51,828 nt of DNA from Methanobacteriota archaeon (GCA_016207465.1 JACQPP010000090.1:1-51828); one strand, 5' to 3'; positions 9,377 to 18,900 are shown, counted from the first letter of the stretch. Made by a program: numbers and translations. The notes: generated by a model not told the origin, from the sequence alone.

Positions 9377-9838
9377 ATGGAGCTCGGCCCCGAGCCCAGA
9401 GACCCCCGGGAGGTCATCCGCCAGGCCATCGAGAAAATCCTCCGCGAGCACCGCTTCGCGGTCCTGGCCACCCACGGGGAGGGGGACCCCTGGTGCTCCA
9501 CGGTCTTCTACGCCCCCGCCCCCGGCCACCACCTCTACTTCGGCCTCGGGGGGAAATCCCGGACCCTCCGGCACATCCGGGGGAACCCCCGGGTAGGATT
9601 CGCGGTGGGCATCGAGCGCGAGACCCGCTTCCTCCAGGGAAACGGCGAGGCCCTCCTCCTCGACGACCCCGGGGAGGCCCGGGCGGCCCGGGAGGCGGTG
9701 GCGGCCAAGGTTCCCATCGCCCGGCCTTTCATCGAGGCCAAGGACGCGCGGATGGTCCGCCTGCGGGTGGAAAGGTATTATGTCACCGACTTCCGGAAAC
9801 TCTGGATGGACCCCCGGACCTTCGACCCCCCGCCATGA
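9377..9838 (+). CDS. Pyridoxamine 5-prime-phosphate oxidase-like FMN-binding split-barrel protein
   Basis: 153-aa ORF. The stretch FAVLATHGEGDPWCSTVFYA...LYFGLGGKSRTLRHIRGNPRVGFAV fits the PNPOx-like family pattern. Confidence 0.72.
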   Translation: MELGPEPRDPREVIRQAIEKILREHRFAVLATHGEGDPWCSTVFYAPAPGHHLYFGLGGKSRTLRHIRGNPRVGFAVGIERETRFLQGNGEALLLDDPGEARAAREAVAAKVPIARPFIEAKDARMVRLRVERYYVTDFRKLWMDPRTFDPPP

Positions 9839-9969
9839 CCCTCCTCGTCTGCACGGACTGCAAGCGCACCTTCCCGCGGGGACAGAGCCAGACCCGGATG
9901 GGGGGCCACCTCTGCCCCGAGTGCCTGGAGAAACTCTACCGAAAACTGCAGGGGCCCCCGCCGGGGTAG
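9835..9969 (+). CDS. Small zinc-ribbon protein (44 aa), not listed as its own ORF in the track
   Basis: MTLLVCTDCKRTFPRGQSQTRMGGHLCPECLEKLYRKLQGPPPG has CxxC...CxxC. Its ATG overlaps the upstream stop (ATGA at 9835-9838). GC3 is very high. Confidence 0.55.
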   Translation: MTLLVCTDCKRTFPRGQSQTRMGGHLCPECLEKLYRKLQGPPPG

Positions 9970-9982
9970 CCGGCGAAGGGGG

Positions 9983-12028
9983 TCAAATTCTCTCGGCCAC
10001 CAGTTCCGCGATGTCCTTCGGTGTGAGTTTCTCGTTGAGGTTGGTGGTCTTGGCGCCGTCCTCCATCATGGAGAGGCAGTAGGGGCAGGCGCTGGCGAGG
10101 ATTTTTGCCCCTGTTTCGGCGGCCTCCTGGACGCGGTTCTGGTTGATGCGTGTCCCCAGCCGCTCCTCCATGAGGAAGCGGGCGCCCCCGGCGCCGCAGC
10201 AGAACCCCTTCTCGCGGCTGCGTTTCATCTCCTCCAGTTGGAAGCCGAGGCTCTTGAGGATGTCCCGCTGGGGCTCGTAGATTTGGTTGTAGCGGCCGAG
10301 GTAGCAGGAGTCATGGTAGGTGGCGGTGGTCTTGCCCTGTCCGTCGGCCTTGAGTTTGAGGCGGCCCTTCTGGAGGAGCTCGGCGATGTATTCGGTGTGG
10401 TGGATGACGCGGGCGTTGAAGCCGAATTGGGGGTATTCGTTCTTGAAGGTGTTGAAGCAGTGGGGGCAGGCGGTGACCACGGTGTGGACCTTGTAGCGAT
10501 TGAGGGTCTCGGCGTTGGCCTTGATGAGGGTCTGGCCGAGGAACTCGTTGCCCATGCGGCGGGCGGGGTCGCCGTTGCACTTCTCCTCGGTGCCGAGGAT
10601 GGCGAAGTTGACCCCGGCGGCCCGGAAGATTTTGACGAGGCTGCGGGCGACGGCCTTGTTGCGCTCGTCGAAGGAGGCGGCGCATCCCACCCAGTAGAGG
10701 ACCTCCAGTTGGGTGGCGTCGCCGCGCTCCTTGAGGAGGGGGACCTGGAGGCCCTCGGTCCAGTCGGCCCGCTTCTCGTTGTTGAAGGCCCAGGGGTTCT
10801 GGTTGACCTCGAGGTTGCGGAGGGCCCCTTGGGCCTCGGCGGGCATCTTGCCCTCCATCATGACGAGGTGGCGGCGCATCTCGATGATTTTGCCCATCTG
10901 GTCAATGAAGACGGGGCACTCTTCCACGCAGGCAAGGCATGTGGTGCAGGACCAGAGTTCGTCCTCGGTGATATACTCGGGGCCGATGAGCGCGGGGCGG
11001 GTCCCGGTGCCCCCGGCGAGGATGTCGCGGCTGCTGGCGGTGAGGTTCTCGCGGACGTCCACCACGATTTTCTTGGGGCTGAGGGGCTTGCCGGTCCCGG
11101 CGGCTGGACATACCGATTCGCAGCGGCCGCAGTGGGTGCACCCGTAGGAGTCGAGGATGTCCTTCCAGGTGAGGTCCTCCACCCGGCTGGCCCCGTAGCG
11201 GTCGTTCTCTCCCATGACGGTGAAGTCCATGGGGCGGAGCCTGCCCCGGGGCTCGAGGCTGCGGAAGAAGACGTTGGGGAGGGCGGTGACCACGTGGAAG
11301 TGTTTGGAGAAGGGGAGGTAGGCGAGGAATCCGAAGAGGGCGAGGAGGTGGCCCCACCAGGCCGCTTCGTTGACGGTGCCGGTGAGTTCTGGGCTCCAGC
11401 CCGCGCGGCCGATTTGTCCGGCGAGGACGCGGCTGACGGGGGTCCAGGCGGCCGAGGCGGGGAACTCCTGGCGGAGGATGTGGATGGCGGTGACGAGGGC
11501 GAGGGTGGTGACGATGGTGAGGATGAGGGTGAGGACAATCATGCCGTCCGCGAAGGAGCCCTTGAGTTTCTTGGGGCGGATGACCACGCGGCGGAACATG
11601 GCCATGGCGATGCCGAGGAAGACGAAGGCGATGAAGAGGTCCACGAAGAGGGCGAGGGGCTCGATGAGGCGGCTGGGGGTGTCGCCCGCGGCGAGGGGCA
11701 ACTGGAAGTCGGGGCCCACGAGGCCCTCGCCGACGAACTGGACGACGGTGGCGAAGAGGACGAGGAAGCCGAAGAAGATGAAGGCGTGGAGGACCCCCCC
11801 GTACCACTCCTTGAACATGCGCTTCTGGAGGAACCCGTAGACGATGAGGCTCCGGATGCGCTCGGGGACGTCCACCACCCAGGGGAAGAGGTGGAGGTTG
11901 AAGATGGGGGTGGGCTTGGCCCGCCACATGAGGCGGAGGAGGTGGGCCATCCGGATGCCGAAGACACTGAGGCTGACCGCAAGGATGGCGGCCACCAGCA
12001 GGGCGCGGATGGGGGCTTCGAGGGCCAT
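9983..12028 (-). CDS. Membrane-anchored FeS oxidoreductase, HdrD/GlpC-like with an N-terminal multi-TM (cytochrome-b-like) domain; ETF:quinone oxidoreductase-type partner of EtfAB
   Basis: 681-aa ORF. It has about 5-6 N-terminal TM helices, two ferredoxin motifs (CTHCGRCESVCP, CTTCLACVEECP) and two CCG-type Cys-rich domains (CPHC..., CCGAGG). It sits directly upstream of etfA/etfB on the same strand. Confidence 0.85.
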   Translation of the reverse strand: MALEAPIRALLVAAILAVSLSVFGIRMAHLLRLMWRAKPTPIFNLHLFPWVVDVPERIRSLIVYGFLQKRMFKEWYGGVLHAFIFFGFLVLFATVVQFVGEGLVGPDFQLPLAAGDTPSRLIEPLALFVDLFIAFVFLGIAMAMFRRVVIRPKKLKGSFADGMIVLTLILTIVTTLALVTAIHILRQEFPASAAWTPVSRVLAGQIGRAGWSPELTGTVNEAAWWGHLLALFGFLAYLPFSKHFHVVTALPNVFFRSLEPRGRLRPMDFTVMGENDRYGASRVEDLTWKDILDSYGCTHCGRCESVCPAAGTGKPLSPKKIVVDVRENLTASSRDILAGGTGTRPALIGPEYITEDELWSCTTCLACVEECPVFIDQMGKIIEMRRHLVMMEGKMPAEAQGALRNLEVNQNPWAFNNEKRADWTEGLQVPLLKERGDATQLEVLYWVGCAASFDERNKAVARSLVKIFRAAGVNFAILGTEEKCNGDPARRMGNEFLGQTLIKANAETLNRYKVHTVVTACPHCFNTFKNEYPQFGFNARVIHHTEYIAELLQKGRLKLKADGQGKTTATYHDSCYLGRYNQIYEPQRDILKSLGFQLEEMKRSREKGFCCGAGGARFLMEERLGTRINQNRVQEAAETGAKILASACPYCLSMMEDGAKTTNLNEKLTPKDIAELVAERI

Positions 12029-12031
12029 CGG

Positions 12032-13015
12032 TTATCCCTTGGCCTTCAGCTTCCTGGCCTCTTCGGTGAGGGCGGGGACAATCTGGAAGAGGTCCCCCAC
12101 GATGCCGTAGTCGGCCACCTTGAAGATGGGGGCGTTGGGGTCCTTGTTGATGGCCACGATGCACTTGCTGCTGCTCATCCCGGCGAGGTGCTGGATGGCC
12201 CCGGAGATGCCGCTGGCGATGTAGATGTTGGGGCTCACGGTCTTGCCGGTCTGTCCCACCTGGAAGGAGTGGGGCTTCCATCCCGCGTCCACGACGGCCC
12301 GGCTGGCCCCCACGGCGGCCCCGAGTTCGGCGGCGAGGTCGTGGATGATTTTGAAGTTGGCGGGGTCCTTCATCCCGCGGCCCCCGGAGCAGATGATGCT
12401 GGCCTCGGTGAGTTCGATGGCGCCCCCGGTGGCGGTCTTGGCGGTCTCCTTCACGATGGTCTTGAGGGCATTGTCGTCCACCTGCACCGGGACCTTGACG
12501 GTCTCGGGGGCGGCCCCCGGGTTGGCCGGGGGGACGGGGACGGCGTTGGGGCGGAGGGTGGCCATCTGGATGGGGGTGGTGAAGGTGACCGTGGTGCGGG
12601 CCTTGCCGGCGTAGACGGGGCGGAGGGCGACGAGTTTGCCGTCCTTCCACTGGAGGTCGGTGCAGTCGGTGGCGAGTCCGGCGCCGGTGCGGGCGGCGAC
12701 GCGGGGGAGTAGGTCCTTGCCGTAGGAGGTGGCCCCGGCGAGCACGGCCCCCGGCTTGTGCTGGGCCACCAGGCCGGAGACGATGGCCGCGTAGGCCTCG
12801 GCCCCGTAGTTCTTGAGGCGCGGGTCGTCCGCGACAAACACCCTCTGGGCCCCATGGGCCCCCAGGGTCTTCGCCAGCCCCTCGGGTCCGATGAGGACCG
12901 CCCCGGTCTTGCCCCCGGCGGCCCCCGCGAGTTCCCGGGCCTTGCCGAGGCACTCCAGGGTGGTCCGCTTGACCGCTCCATCGCGGACCTCGGCGACCAC
13001 CCAGATGTCGCTCAT
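12032..13015 (-). CDS. etfA: Electron transfer flavoprotein alpha subunit
   Basis: 327-aa ORF with the C-terminal FAD-binding region ...SGGRGM...[11 protein letters not shown]....[27 protein letters not shown]. Confidence 0.92.
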   Translation of the reverse strand: MSDIWVVAEVRDGAVKRTTLECLGKARELAGAAGGKTGAVLIGPEGLAKTLGAHGAQRVFVADDPRLKNYGAEAYAAIVSGLVAQHKPGAVLAGATSYGKDLLPRVAARTGAGLATDCTDLQWKDGKLVALRPVYAGKARTTVTFTTPIQMATLRPNAVPVPPANPGAAPETVKVPVQVDDNALKTIVKETAKTATGGAIELTEASIICSGGRGMKDPANFKIIHDLAAELGAAVGASRAVVDAGWKPHSFQVGQTGKTVSPNIYIASGISGAIQHLAGMSSSKCIVAINKDPNAPIFKVADYGIVGDLFQIVPALTEEARKLKAKG

Positions 13016-13806
13016 ATCTGGAGGAGTTTCGCCTCCTCCCGGAGGAGGGTGAGGAGTTTCTGGGCGGCCTCCTGGGGGGTCTCGTATTCGATGAGCTTTC
13101 CGGCCTTGCGCGGCGGGGGGAGGGCCATCTCCGCCACCTGGGTGCGGGGGGCGGTCTCCTCGGGCTTGAGCCCCAGGTCCTTGAGGGCCTGTGCCTTGAG
13201 GGGCTTGGACTTGGCCTTCATGATGTTCGGCAGCGTCGGGTAGCGGGGCTCGTGGATGCCGTTGAGGCCCTTCTGGACGGAGAGCACGGCGGGCAGCGGG
13301 ATTTCCAGGTTCTCCTCGGCCCCCTCAATCTGGCGGGAGACCTTGGCCGACTTCTTGTCCGCGGCCACCTCGAGTTTGGTGGCGATGCCCACCGAGGGGA
13401 CCCCCAGGAACTCGCCGAGGGCGGGGCCCACCTGGCCGCTGTCGTCGTCAATGGCCTGCTTGCCCACCAGCACCAGGTCGCGGGGCAGCCCCTGGATGGC
13501 CTTGGCGAGGATGCGGGCGACGGTGATGGCGTCCACGTCAAGGTCCTCCTTGATGTGGACCGCGCTGTCGGCCCCCATGGCGAGGGCCGTGCGGAGGGTC
13601 TCCTCCACTCGCTGGGGACCCATGGAGACCACGGTCACGGTGCCCCCCATCTTCTCCTTCATGCGGAGGGCGGCCTCGATGGCGAGCTCGTCGTAGGGGC
13701 TGATGACCCACTTGACCCCCTCCGGGTCCAAGGCGGGCCTCTGGGGGTGGACCTTCACCTTGGTCTCGGTGTCCGGGACCTGCTTGATGCAGACGACCGT
13801 GTTCAT
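13012..13806 (-). CDS. etfB: Electron transfer flavoprotein beta subunit
   Basis: 264-aa ORF starting MNTVVCIKQVPDTETKV, with ISPYDELAIEAALR. Its stop overlaps the etfA start (13012-13015). Confidence 0.92.
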   Translation of the reverse strand: MNTVVCIKQVPDTETKVKVHPQRPALDPEGVKWVISPYDELAIEAALRMKEKMGGTVTVVSMGPQRVEETLRTALAMGADSAVHIKEDLDVDAITVARILAKAIQGLPRDLVLVGKQAIDDDSGQVGPALGEFLGVPSVGIATKLEVAADKKSAKVSRQIEGAEENLEIPLPAVLSVQKGLNGIHEPRYPTLPNIMKAKSKPLKAQALKDLGLKPEETAPRTQVAEMALPPPRKAGKLIEYETPQEAAQKLLTLLREEAKLLQI

Positions 13807-13831
13807 CCCGGCGGAGAGTCTTGAAAAAGTC

Positions 13832-13839
13832 TATTTAAA
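13832..13839 (-). promoter_or_regulatory. TATA-like box (plus strand TATTTAAA) for etfB
   Basis: It is centred about 30 nt upstream of the ATG at 13806. Confidence 0.5.
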
Positions 13840-13985
13840 CGTTTCCTAACCCTGGGGAAAGGGACTCCGCGGCGCTCCGTTTTCGACGTGGCTCACGTAG
13901 CTCTACGTAACTACTTCTCTCCCCGGCAGGTCAGGATTCTCTCCACCTGTTCCTTCAACCCCGGCAACTCCCCCTGTGTGCTCTT

Positions 13986-14261
13986 CTACACCGCCTCCAG
14001 GTTCACCCCGAAGTATTCGTGGATGAGGCGGTTACGGATGTCCATCCAGTCCCTCCAGGGGACTCCCGGGTGCTTGGCGCGGAACCCCCGGGAGACCTGA
14101 CGGGCGGCCTCCCCGATGATTCCCATCTGGCGGACGACGGCATCTTGGACCAGGGGGGTCTCCAGGAAGGTGTTCTTGTCGACGCCCTGGAGGTAGGTTT
14201 CTATGCGGGCGATGGAGTCGAGGATGTGCTTCAGGTAGACCTCATCCGACCGTTGCTTCAT
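13986..14261 (-). CDS. HEPN-domain (DUF86) toxin of an MNT-HEPN pair
   Basis: Internal Met of ORF 13986..14561: MKQRSDEVYLKHILDSIARIETYL...VQDAVVRQMGIIGEAA...RNRLIHEYFGV (Rx4-6H motif). It overlaps the upstream MNT gene by 20 nt. Confidence 0.82.
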   Translation of the reverse strand: MKQRSDEVYLKHILDSIARIETYLQGVDKNTFLETPLVQDAVVRQMGIIGEAARQVSRGFRAKHPGVPWRDWMDIRNRLIHEYFGVNLEAV

Positions 14262-14553
14262 AGACCACGACCTTCTGCTTCTCGACAATGGGGCGGAGGT
14301 GGGGGTTGAGGGCCTCCTCGGTGACGATTTCGACCCGGCGGCCCAGGGATTTCGAGAGTTCCCGTTCCAGCCGGACGAGTTCGAGGAGGCTTTTGGGTTC
14401 CCGGAAGCGCACCAGTAGGTCGAGGTCGCTCTTGGGGGTGGCTTCGCCTCGGGCGGTGGAGCCGAAGATGGAGATGCGGAGGGCTCCGTGGGGCCGGAGA
14501 AGGGTCCCGAGGCTCTTGCGGAGTTCTCCGATGTCGTTGGGTCTGCGGGCCAT
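14242..14553 (-). CDS. Minimal nucleotidyltransferase (MNT) antitoxin
   Basis: 103-aa ORF with the pol-beta-type motif IFGSTARGEATPKSDLDLLV. Confidence 0.85.
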   Translation of the reverse strand: MARRPNDIGELRKSLGTLLRPHGALRISIFGSTARGEATPKSDLDLLVRFREPKSLLELVRLERELSKSLGRRVEIVTEEALNPHLRPIVEKQKVVVYEATVG

Positions 14554-14604
14554 GGGCGCAAATCTCCAATAGGCTGGCGGGGGGCTTTAGCCTTTCTTTC
14601 GGCC

Positions 14605-15759
14605 TTATCCCCCTCTGCTCCGCATCAGTTCCCGGGCGATGACCATCCTCTGTATCTCGTTGGCCCCCTCGTAGATTTGGAGGATTTTGGCGTCGCGCAT
14701 GAGTTTCTCCACGGGGTATTCCTTGATGTAGCCGTATCCGCCGTGGATTTGGACGGCTTCGGTGGTGGCGCGCATGGCGGTGTCGCTGGCGAAGGCCTTG
14801 GCGATGGAGGACTCCTTGGAGGCGCGCAGGTCGTGGTCAATCATCCAGGCGCTCTTCCAGGTCATCATGCGGGCGGCCTCCATCTCCATGGCCATCTGCG
14901 CCAGTTTGAACTGGGTGGCCTGGAAATCAATCAGGGGTCTCCCGAACTGCCTGCGCTGCATGGCGTAGTCGAGGCTGTGGTCGATGGCGGCGCGGGTGAC
15001 CCCGACTCCCATGGCGGCAATCCAGGGGCGGGTGTTGTCGAGGGTCTTCATGGCGTTCTTGAATCCCTCTCCCTCCCTGCCGAGGAGGTTCGCGGCCGGC
15101 ACCCTGGCATCCTCGAAGACCAGTTCGCTGGTGGCGGAGCAGCGGATGCCCATCTTGTCCTCGTCCTTGGCCACCGCGAGCCCCTTTGTTTTCTTCTTCT
15201 CGACGACGATGGCGCAGATGGCCTTGTCCCTCTTGGTGCGGTCGAGGGTGGCGAAGAGGGTGATGAGGTCGGCCTGGGAGCCGTTGGTGCAGAACCGCTT
15301 GGTGCCGTTGATGAGATAGTCGTCGCCCTCGCGGCGGAGGGTGCATCCGAGGCCGGCGGCGTCGCTCCCCGAGTCGGGCTCGGTGAGGGCGAAGGCGGCG
15401 ATGAGGGGCCTCTCCACGAACCCGGGGAGCCAGCGCCTCTTCTGCTCCTCCGAGCCCCCCACCAGGATGGGGCGGAGGGCGAGGCTGGTGGACATGAAGG
15501 TGGTGGTCATCCCGGCGCATGCGGCGCCGAACTCCTCCACCACGAGGCACTCGTCGAAGCACCCGAGGCCCAGGCCCCCGTAGTCCGGGGGGATGCGGAG
15601 GTTGAGGAGGCCGAGCCCGTGGGCCTTCTCCAGGAGGTCCCGGGGAAATTTTTCCTCGCGGTCATACTGGGCCGCCTTGGGCCGCATCTCGTTCTGGGCG
15701 AACTTGCGGGCCAGGTTGACCAGTTCCTCCTGCTCCGGGGTCAGCCGGAAATCAATCAT
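14605..15759 (-). CDS. Acyl-CoA dehydrogenase
   Basis: 384-aa ORF with AFALTEPDSGSDAA, FCTNGS and the C-terminal QIHGGYGYIKEYPVEKLMRDAKILQIYEGANEIQR. Confidence 0.92.
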   Translation of the reverse strand: MIDFRLTPEQEELVNLARKFAQNEMRPKAAQYDREEKFPRDLLEKAHGLGLLNLRIPPDYGGLGLGCFDECLVVEEFGAACAGMTTTFMSTSLALRPILVGGSEEQKRRWLPGFVERPLIAAFALTEPDSGSDAAGLGCTLRREGDDYLINGTKRFCTNGSQADLITLFATLDRTKRDKAICAIVVEKKKTKGLAVAKDEDKMGIRCSATSELVFEDARVPAANLLGREGEGFKNAMKTLDNTRPWIAAMGVGVTRAAIDHSLDYAMQRRQFGRPLIDFQATQFKLAQMAMEMEAARMMTWKSAWMIDHDLRASKESSIAKAFASDTAMRATTEAVQIHGGYGYIKEYPVEKLMRDAKILQIYEGANEIQRMVIARELMRSRGG

Positions 15760-15795
15760 CGCCTATGTCCTCCGCTCGTCAAGGAGGAACCCGGC

Positions 15796-18654
15796 TTATT
15801 TAATGGTTTTCGAGGGGGCTCGGCCTTTCGGCTTCGTCGAAAACCTCCCCGCCCCTTCAGGTGGGGAGGGCCAGAAGGCGCGGGTGGCCGCGTAGTGCCT
15901 CTCGGCGGTCCAGATGGCCCGGAGGAGGCTGTCGTCGTCCCCGGTCTGGCGGAGGATGCGGGCGGCGGTCTCCGGCCCCACCCCCCGGGCGGAGAGGGCG
16001 AGGATGGCCCGGCGGCCGTGGGAGAGCACCAGGCTCGCGTTCCGGTGGAGACGGCGATATGCCCTCCTCTCATCGTCGCTCTTCGGCCCCTTGCGGGCGA
16101 GGCGGGCCTCGGCATCCTCCCAGGGCTTGAGGGCTGCCAGCAGGCGGGAGCCGCATCGGGGGCAGGCGGGCTTCTCCTCCCAGTGGCCCACCCGCTTGGT
16201 GGCGGTGTATTCATGGCAGCCGAGGCAGACCACCATGGCCCGGTCCCGCTCCAGCCGCTTCCGCAGTGTGTCGAGGATGGTGCGGTCGGCCCGCTCCGGG
16301 GAGAGGAGTTCGCCCCCCTCGCGGAACCCCAGCAGCCCGAGGGGGCTGGGCTTGCCCCACACCACCTCTGCCTCTCCGCGGCGGAGTTCCCCGAGGGCCT
16401 CCCGGGCTCCCTCCACGTCGAGTTTCTCCCGGAGGAGGACCCGGAGGGCCTCCCGGTGGACCGGTCCCCCCTCGAAGAGTTCCTCGAGGCGGCGGTCGGT
16501 GAGGCGCGCCTCGGAGGAGAGGACTCCGAACTTGCGGGCCACATGGGTGAGGGCCCAATGGAGCAGGGGGGTCCCCCGGAGGGCCCGCTCCGCCAGTCCG
16601 GGGATGTGCTCCGGCTGGAGTCCGTCGAGGGCCTCCCGGAGGCTCGCCCGGGGGGGTACCTCCATGCGAATCCGGCAGGGGTCCACCCGCAGGGCCACGC
16701 TGGACCCGGAGCGCGCGGAGAGCAGGGAGGCCAGCACCCGTCCCAGGGCCTCGTTGACCCGGTGGCCCCGGCAGAGGTTGAGGGTCACCGTGGAGCCCTG
16801 GGCCTCCGCCACCCAGCGGGTGTCGGTGGCCACCGGGAAACCCCCATCCATCTGCTCCCGGAAGACCTCCAGGACCCGCCGGAGGGGGACCGCCTCGACG
16901 GGGTAGGGCCCAGCGAGGGCCCGGCGGATGTCCTCCTCGGATTTTTCCTCCCGGAGAGCCCGGGCGATGGCCTCCCGGAGCCGCCCCACCTCCCGGGCCA
17001 CCTCCCCGGGGACCAGAATCTCGTCCCCCTCCCAGCGGGGGACCTCCCCCTCCAGTGTCTCCAGGGGCTCCACCGTGACGCGGCCCTCCTCTATCTCGAT
17101 GACCCGCCAGAGGTCCCCCCGGGTGATGAAGGCGGCTCCCGGGGGGCAGAAGCGGTGGACGAAGGACTCGTCGAGGGTCCCCACCACCCTCCGCTCGGCC
17201 AGGTTGTAGACCTCGAATTTTTTCTCGTCGGGAATCATGGAGAGGTTCCCCGTCACGTAGTCCCGGGTCCGCGGCCTCCTCCGCCCCTCCCTCCCCAGGA
17301 GCCCCACCTGGGAGAGGAGGGCCAGCACCCCCTCGAACTCCTCCCGGGGGAACTCCCGGAAGGGCTCCGCCCGCCGCAGGAGGGCATGCATCTCCTCCGC
17401 GCCGCGCCCCTCCAGCCCCATGGCGCACATCTGGTTCGCCGCCACATCCAGTGGGGCCAGGGGGATGGGGGGCGACTCCACCTCCCCCGCCCGGGCCCGG
17501 CGGGCCAGCACCCACGACTCCAGGATGTCGTCGGCGTCCCGCGCCAGCAGAATCCCGGAGGACACCCCTTCGAGGCGGTGGCCGGAGCGCCCCACCCTCT
17601 GGACAAGCCGCACCGCCTGCCGGGGGCTCCCCACCTGCACCACTAAATCCACGCTCCCGATGTCAATCCCGAGTTCGAGGGAGGAGGTGCAGAGGAGCCC
17701 CCGCAGGTCCCCCTTTTTGAATGCCTCCTCGGCCTCCACCCGCGCCTGGGCCGCCAGGCTCCCGTGGTGGACTCCGACGGGGGAGCCGAGCCGCCGCAGC
17801 CGCGCGCCGAGGGCCTCGGCGGCCTGCCGGGTGTTCACGAACATCAGCACGCTCCGGTGGCGGTCCACCAGCTCGCGGAGGGTGCGCACCTGGGCCGCCA
17901 CCTCCGGCTCGCACCTCAGCTCTCCGGCCAGCCTCGCGTCCTCCTCTCCCACCTCCGGGGCCACCACCCGTATCTCCATGGATTTCGGGAGGGGGACCCG
18001 CACCACCCTGCACCTCCTCCCCGCTCCGCACAGGAACTGGGCCACGCGCTCCGGGTCTCCCACGGTGGCGGAGAGACCAATCCTGCGGGCCTCCGGGCGC
18101 TCCCCCAATATCTCGGTGCGGACGGCCTCCAGCCTCTCCAGGGCCACTGCCATCTGGCTCCCTCTCTTGGAGCCCGCCACCTCATGGACCTCGTCCACCA
18201 CAATCCACTCCACCCGGGCCAGGTGCTCCCGGAGCCTCCGCCCGAGGAGCATGGCCTGGAGGGTCTCCGGGGTCGAGACCAGCACATCCGGGGCATGGAG
18301 GGCCTGTTTCCTCCTCTCCCCCTTGGGGGTGTCCCCGTGGCGCACCTCCACCCGGAGCCCCACGTCCTCCGCCAGCCCCTCCAGCCGGGAGAGGAGGTCC
18401 CGGTTGAGGGCCCGCAGTGGGGTGAGATACAGGAGCCGCACCCCTGCCTGGGGCCCCTGGGCGAGCAGGAGGTGGAAGAGGGGGACCAGTGCCGCCTCGG
18501 TCTTCCCCGAGCCGGTGGGGGCCACCAGGAGCACGTGGGAGCCCGAGAGGATGGGCCCCAGCGCCTCCTTCTGGGGGGGCGTCGGGGAGCCGAGCCCCCG
18601 CTTCTCCAGGGCCGCGAGGAGAAGAGGGTGGAGCGTGGCGGGCCAGCCGGGCAT
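15796..18654 (-). CDS. lhr: Lhr-family DEAD/DEAH-box ATP-dependent helicase with a C-terminal zinc ribbon
   Basis: ORF 15796..18714 trimmed to MPGWPATLHP (ATG 18654). It has APTGSGKTEAA, VVDEVHEV, the helicase C motifs (FVNTRQAAE, HHGSL, LELGIDIG, VGRSGH) and a late CLGCHEYT...CPRCGS. Confidence 0.86.
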   Translation of the reverse strand: MPGWPATLHPLLLAALEKRGLGSPTPPQKEALGPILSGSHVLLVAPTGSGKTEAALVPLFHLLLAQGPQAGVRLLYLTPLRALNRDLLSRLEGLAEDVGLRVEVRHGDTPKGERRKQALHAPDVLVSTPETLQAMLLGRRLREHLARVEWIVVDEVHEVAGSKRGSQMAVALERLEAVRTEILGERPEARRIGLSATVGDPERVAQFLCGAGRRCRVVRVPLPKSMEIRVVAPEVGEEDARLAGELRCEPEVAAQVRTLRELVDRHRSVLMFVNTRQAAEALGARLRRLGSPVGVHHGSLAAQARVEAEEAFKKGDLRGLLCTSSLELGIDIGSVDLVVQVGSPRQAVRLVQRVGRSGHRLEGVSSGILLARDADDILESWVLARRARAGEVESPPIPLAPLDVAANQMCAMGLEGRGAEEMHALLRRAEPFREFPREEFEGVLALLSQVGLLGREGRRRPRTRDYVTGNLSMIPDEKKFEVYNLAERRVVGTLDESFVHRFCPPGAAFITRGDLWRVIEIEEGRVTVEPLETLEGEVPRWEGDEILVPGEVAREVGRLREAIARALREEKSEEDIRRALAGPYPVEAVPLRRVLEVFREQMDGGFPVATDTRWVAEAQGSTVTLNLCRGHRVNEALGRVLASLLSARSGSSVALRVDPCRIRMEVPPRASLREALDGLQPEHIPGLAERALRGTPLLHWALTHVARKFGVLSSEARLTDRRLEELFEGGPVHREALRVLLREKLDVEGAREALGELRRGEAEVVWGKPSPLGLLGFREGGELLSPERADRTILDTLRKRLERDRAMVVCLGCHEYTATKRVGHWEEKPACPRCGSRLLAALKPWEDAEARLARKGPKSDDERRAYRRLHRNASLVLSHGRRAILALSARGVGPETAARILRQTGDDDSLLRAIWTAERHYAATRAFWPSPPEGAGRFSTKPKGRAPSKTIK

Positions 18655-18714
18655 GGTAGATACTCTCCGCCTAAAACCCCCCGTGGGCACTCCTCTACCG
18701 CCGCACCGAATCAA

Positions 18715-18900
18715 AGATATGTTATCTTAAGAGATTTTTCAATATTGGGAGTAAGTATTTATACCCCCATCGCAAGACTCTATGCCCCGATTGTTATATA
18801 AGAAATCGTTATCTGTGGACCTATTATAATGATAAATCTAATAACATAACAGAATAGAAACATTTATCCGTTGGACGGAGTAACTACTGTTTGAGGTTTC
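18715..18900. other. AT-rich (about 30-35% GC) non-coding spacer upstream of the helicase gene
   Basis: Hand counts of two 60-nt lines give 18/60 and 21/60 G+C against about two-thirds elsewhere. There is no ORF above 10 codons. The heptamer GTTATCT occurs at 18721 and 18808. Confidence 0.8.

Noticed and set aside
10238-12712. 824-aa plus-strand ORF, plus the 683-aa minus-strand ORF 10902..12953.
   Set aside because: Both overlap the FeS oxidoreductase and etfA genes in other frames or on the other strand. Their composition is repetitive G/E/D/A or R/P/G and they have no motifs.
13896-13909. Small palindrome ACGTAG-CT-CTACGT in the etfB upstream spacer.
   Set aside because: The arms are only 6 bp and it lies more than 90 nt from the start codon. 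It is probably fortuitous.
14488-17646. 1052-aa plus-strand ORF.
   Set aside because: It is antisense to the acyl-CoA dehydrogenase and Lhr helicase genes and consists of low-complexity G/P/E/A sequence.
18820-18900. Possible C/D-box sRNA in the AT-rich spacer (ATGATAA ... CTGT).
   Set aside because: The boxes do not match the consensus (RUGAUGA / CUGA), and there is no terminal stem or second box pair.
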